In this document: one piece after another, positions 63,382 through 64,000 of the stretch
Layout of the letters: each line of letters starts with the position of its first letter
Numbering within the stretch: position 1 is the first letter of the stretch
The notes under the pieces: model-generated
Databases searched by the model: none
What the model was told of the DNA's origin: nothing
The model's input: only the letters and a program-made list of their open reading frames with translations
Source: Callorhinchus milii
Lineage: Eukaryota
Direction: 5' to 3'
Length of the DNA stretch: 64,000 bases
Assembly: GCF_018977255.1 (NCBI RefSeq)
Contig: NW_024704743.1
Span: 19,780,001-19,844,000 of the forward strand
Position numbers and translations under genes: made by a program

Positions 63382-64000
63382 CCCTGACAATAACGTCACA
63401 TCTTAATCACACCATTGCTTTATCTTAAGCAAAGTAGATTTATCCTCAAACTTCACCAAGGAATAAGTCACAACTCCCTGCAGAATGTCCCGAGAACATT
63501 CCCATAACAGGCTGGATTTTATATACCAAGACTCGCTGGTGATTAACTCAATCTCCTCACTAAAAATGATGGGAATTCTCATTAGAAAGACATACAGAAA
63601 AATTTGCCTAAAGTCGAACCAAACCTCACATGGAAATCGTGGACAATGAAAAGAAATGAAGGCATAGGTGTTGTAATTGCTTTTCCAGCCTGACCTACAA
63701 AGCGGGTCAATATATTCCCGCTACCTTGCTCACCGATCTTTCTTATGCCTTTATCCTAATCCCTGCAAATTAGATTCCTTCTGAACCTGTCATTGTATCG
63801 CACACGTACATCACTTTTAACACCTCTACTCAGCCTTTCACAATCTGTTAATGACCCATTAGCCATTAGCCGTCTCTCTGTAACTGCAGGCTGTTTGAAT
63901 AGATATGACCTACAACTGGTTTTGATTTTTTTAGATTTATCTTTCTCAATCCTATCAAGGGGCTTCTCTGACCCATTGCTTCTGTTCTGAAACATTAACC

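Noticed and set aside
63756..63995. 79-aa minus-strand ORF at the window edge
   Set aside because: No recognisable domain or splice signals, and it is at the window edge

Overview
This is vertebrate-type, repeat-rich, mostly non-coding DNA. The repeat content (L2 and CR1 LINE remnants, Deu-domain-like SINEs) points to a cartilaginous fish, possibly a chimaera; that assignment is an inference. I see no prokaryotic system, CRISPR array, rRNA or genuine tRNA gene. Most ORFs in the supplied track come from repeats. Main content: (1) many L2 fragments, including a decayed ~3.2 kb copy with endonuclease and RT motifs at 12.1-15.3 kb; (2) CR1-type 3' ends; (3) two SINE families that share the L2 3' stem-loop, one Deu-type (family B) and one apparently chimeric tRNA-Ala/CORE-like/Deu-3'/L2-tail SINE (family A) with an internally deleted subfamily; (4) a Helitron-like element, hAT-like and palindromic MITEs, and an unclassified repeat present four times; (5) three phase-compatible candidate minus-strand exons (56164-55982, 25912-25803, 988-916) that would encode the C-terminus of an unidentified protein, which would make the window two large introns; (6) TE-free, homeodomain-motif-rich blocks that look like conserved enhancers. 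Repeat boundaries were read by eye and are approximate.
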